Source of the DNA: Bdellovibrionaceae bacterium UBA2339
Lineage (GTDB): Bacteria > Bdellovibrionota > Bdellovibrionia > Bdellovibrionales > JAMPXM01
NCBI GenBank assembly: GCA_002344785.1
Contig: DDUL01000056.1
Span: 31,752-95,751, forward strand
Reading direction: 5' to 3'
Length of the DNA: 64,000 nucleotides
Shown here: in pieces, positions 62,346 to 64,000 of the stretch
Numbering within the stretch: position 1 is the first letter of the stretch
How the letters are laid out: every line of letters starts with the position of its first letter
The notes under the pieces: model-generated
Seen by the model: only the letters and a program-made list of their open reading frames with translations
Database searches by the model: none
Told to the model about the DNA's origin: nothing
Translations under genes and position numbers: made by a program

Positions 62346-62600
62346 GTTTCCCCCTCGAATGATTGCCGCTACGAATCCCAAAAAAGCGGCGATGGACCTC
62401 TTGCACTTTTCCCAGCGTCGGATGAATTCGGCGAGGCTTTGCCGAGCTTGGCTTGGCATCGCATGGCTTGATCTGACGCTGGTCCCTCAAAAGTGCGGTC
62501 GGTCGTCTCGCGCGCCGTAGGAAAGCATTGCCCCTTGGGCCTCGGCAAAGAGTATTTCGCTGAGCTTTGATTTCAAAACTCACTGTTCATAGGAGCTTGT

Positions 62601-62846
62601 TTGGGCTGGGTTAAAGCTGCGAGAGCGTTTGGTGGCGCGATGACTCCGCTTGGATCTCAGAAGGTGGATGAACTGCTGAGAAAGCTGGCGAAGTGTGCGG
62701 AGATTTGGAGTCCGTGGAGATCTATCAAGAGTCGATTTGTCACCTTGCTTGAGGTCGGCGGATGGAAAACACATGATTGGGCTACGGACGAGGCCAAAGT
62801 GACTCCTCGAAAAAAGTCGCTGAGGCTTCGTCGCAGTGCGGTTTAA
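62601..62846 (+). CDS. Small hypothetical protein (81 aa)
   Basis: AGGAG Shine-Dalgarno 5 nt before TTG 62601. Basic C-terminus. No recognisable motif. Confidence 0.3.
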   Translation: MGWVKAARAFGGAMTPLGSQKVDELLRKLAKCAEIWSPWRSIKSRFVTLLEVGGWKTHDWATDEAKVTPRKKSLRLRRSAV

Positions 62847-62992
62847 GTCGAGCGCATCTCGGGTTTTGGGAACGCAGCGTTGACAGCCTCAGAGGCCAAA
62901 AGTGGAATTGAGTTTTGGCGAAGCCCAACGGCCTCAACTTGGGGCCCGAGTTGGGGCCCGAGTGAGTTTCGTGGACTGTTGGAGATGTAGAT

Positions 62993-64000
62993 TTGGCAAG
63001 CGACAAACTGGCTCAAGACTTTGACGTCATTATCGTTGGCTCTGGATTTGGCGGCTCGGTCAGCGCCTTGCGCTTGGCGGAGCGCGGTCTGCGTGTCGCG
63101 ATCTTGGAAGAGGGGCGTCGGTTTCGCGATGAAGACTTCGCGGAAAGTAATTTGCAACTTCGCCGTTACCTATGGGCACCGATGCTTCGGTGTTTTGGAG
63201 TTCAGGCGCTGACCTTGTTACGAGGCGTTTGGCTTTTACATGGCAAAGGCGTGGGTGGCGGAAGTTTGGTTTACGCCAACACTTTGATGCAGCCGAGTGA
63301 GACGGTGCTACGAAATGCTTTGTGGCCAAAGTCGTTACGAGAGCCCAAAGAGTGGGATCAGTATTTTGCGCGGGCTCGAAAAATGTTGGGTGTCACGAAG
63401 TATCCGTACGAGGGCGAGCCGGAAGCTGCCCTGCGAGCGGTCGCTCGCGATTTGGGTTGCGAGTCCACCTTTCATCCCACTGAAGTCGGAGTTTACTTTG
63501 GCTCCACGGAACAAGGCCCCGTTGATCCTTATTTTGAAGGACGAGGGCCTCTGCGCCGAGCGTGCACGAGATGTGGGGCTTGCATGGTCGGCTGTCGCGT
63601 CGGTGCCAAGAACACCTTGATGAAAAATTATTTGTTCTTTGCCGAAAAGCACGGCGCTGAGATTCACGCCGAACGTCGTGTGATTCGACTCAGTCGCGAT
63701 GCGAGCGGTTGGTTGGTGCATACGAAAGATGTCTTACGAGGTGTGAAGGCCGAGACATGGCGAGCTCCGCGGGTGATCTTAGCGGCCGGAGTCTTGGGAA
63801 CTTTGCGGTTGCTGCTTGAGCATCGTGCTAAATCCTGGCTCAGCCTAGCGCTTCCACGTTTGGGTCGTGGGGTGCGAACGAATGGTGAGAGTTTGGTGGG
63901 TGCGACGCGATCCGTCCGTTCAAGTTTAGACACTTCGGGTAGGGCGCTGGCGAGTGCTCGGGGTATTTCGATCGGCGCGGCCATTCATCCCGACGCACAA
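62993..64000 (+). CDS. GMC-family FAD oxidoreductase (cholesterol-oxidase-like), 5' part; continues past window end
   Basis: Not in the supplied track because it has no stop in the window. GGAGA Shine-Dalgarno plus TTG 62993. Hand translation gives DFDVIIVGSGFGGSVSALRLAERGLRVAILEEG (Rossmann GxGxxG), GKGVGGGSLVYANT, CTRCGACMVGCRVGAKNTLMKNYL. Open to base 64000. Confidence 0.8.
   Translation, partial: MASDKLAQDFDVIIVGSGFGGSVSALRLAERGLRVAILEEGRRFRDEDFAESNLQLRRYLWAPMLRCFGVQALTLLRGVWLLHGKGVGGGSLVYANTLMQPSETVLRNALWPKSLREPKEWDQYFARARKMLGVTKYPYEGEPEAALRAVARDLGCESTFHPTEVGVYFGSTEQGPVDPYFEGRGPLRRACTRCGACMVGCRVGAKNTLMKNYLFFAEKHGAEIHAERRVIRLSRDASGWLVHTKDVLRGVKAETWRAPRVILAAGVLGTLRLLLEHRAKSWLSLALPRLGRGVRTNGESLVGATRSVRSSLDTSGRALASARGISIGAAIHPDAQ

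Noticed and set aside
32045-64000. Calling everything downstream of tRNA-Pro an intact integrated genomic island
   Set aside because: I recognised no integrase, excisionase, transposase or conjugation gene in the window, and found no third repeat copy by eye. Only accessory-like gene content supports the idea.

Overview
Bacterial chromosomal window, moderately GC-rich and almost fully coding. I saw no CRISPR array, transposase, integrase, phage gene or recognisable defence system.

**Left third.** A 5'-truncated N-formylglutamate amidohydrolase-like gene is followed by system II cytochrome c biogenesis genes (ccsB/ccsA). These run directly into a complete six-gene Alternative Complex III operon (actABCDEF) and an alpha/beta hydrolase.

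**Middle.** This is the classic translation cluster thrS-infC / rpmI-rplT / pheS-pheT-ihfA-merR-tRNA-Pro, broken twice:
- A minus-strand block of five small secreted or membrane proteins of unknown function sits between infC and rpmI.
- A five-gene isoprenoid operon (type 2 IPP isomerase, class II HMG-CoA reductase, phosphomevalonate kinase, diphosphomevalonate decarboxylase, mevalonate kinase), plus a TrmH-like methyltransferase and rsmG, sits between rplT and pheS.
- infC appears to start at an AUU codon with a strong Shine-Dalgarno sequence and carries a roughly 90-codon Gly/Pro-rich N-terminal extension.

**Right half (after tRNA-Pro).** The tRNA 3' end is duplicated about 200 bp downstream. 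This half looks accessory:
- ICMT-like methyltransferase, nitroreductase, substrate-binding protein and a polyprenol-kinase-like membrane protein.
- Cytochrome P460-like protein, di-heme peroxidase and a hybrid histidine kinase.
- Several large orphan membrane proteins, including a polytopic His-motif domain fused to a cyclophilin.
- SRAP peptidase, a TPR/winged-helix regulator, a signal-peptide J-domain protein, a large S8 protease and a 3'-truncated GMC oxidoreductase that is missing from the ORF track.

**Best candidate for an undescribed system (50.2-57.2 kb).** A heme-motif/YceI-like lipoprotein and a heme-motif predicted outer-membrane beta-barrel are tightly co-oriented with a TolC-MFP-MacB pump.

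Gene content (ACIII, mevalonate pathway, many exported proteins) fits a Bdellovibrionota/Myxococcota-like lineage, but that is unverified. All family calls rest on motif recognition by eye, not on searches.
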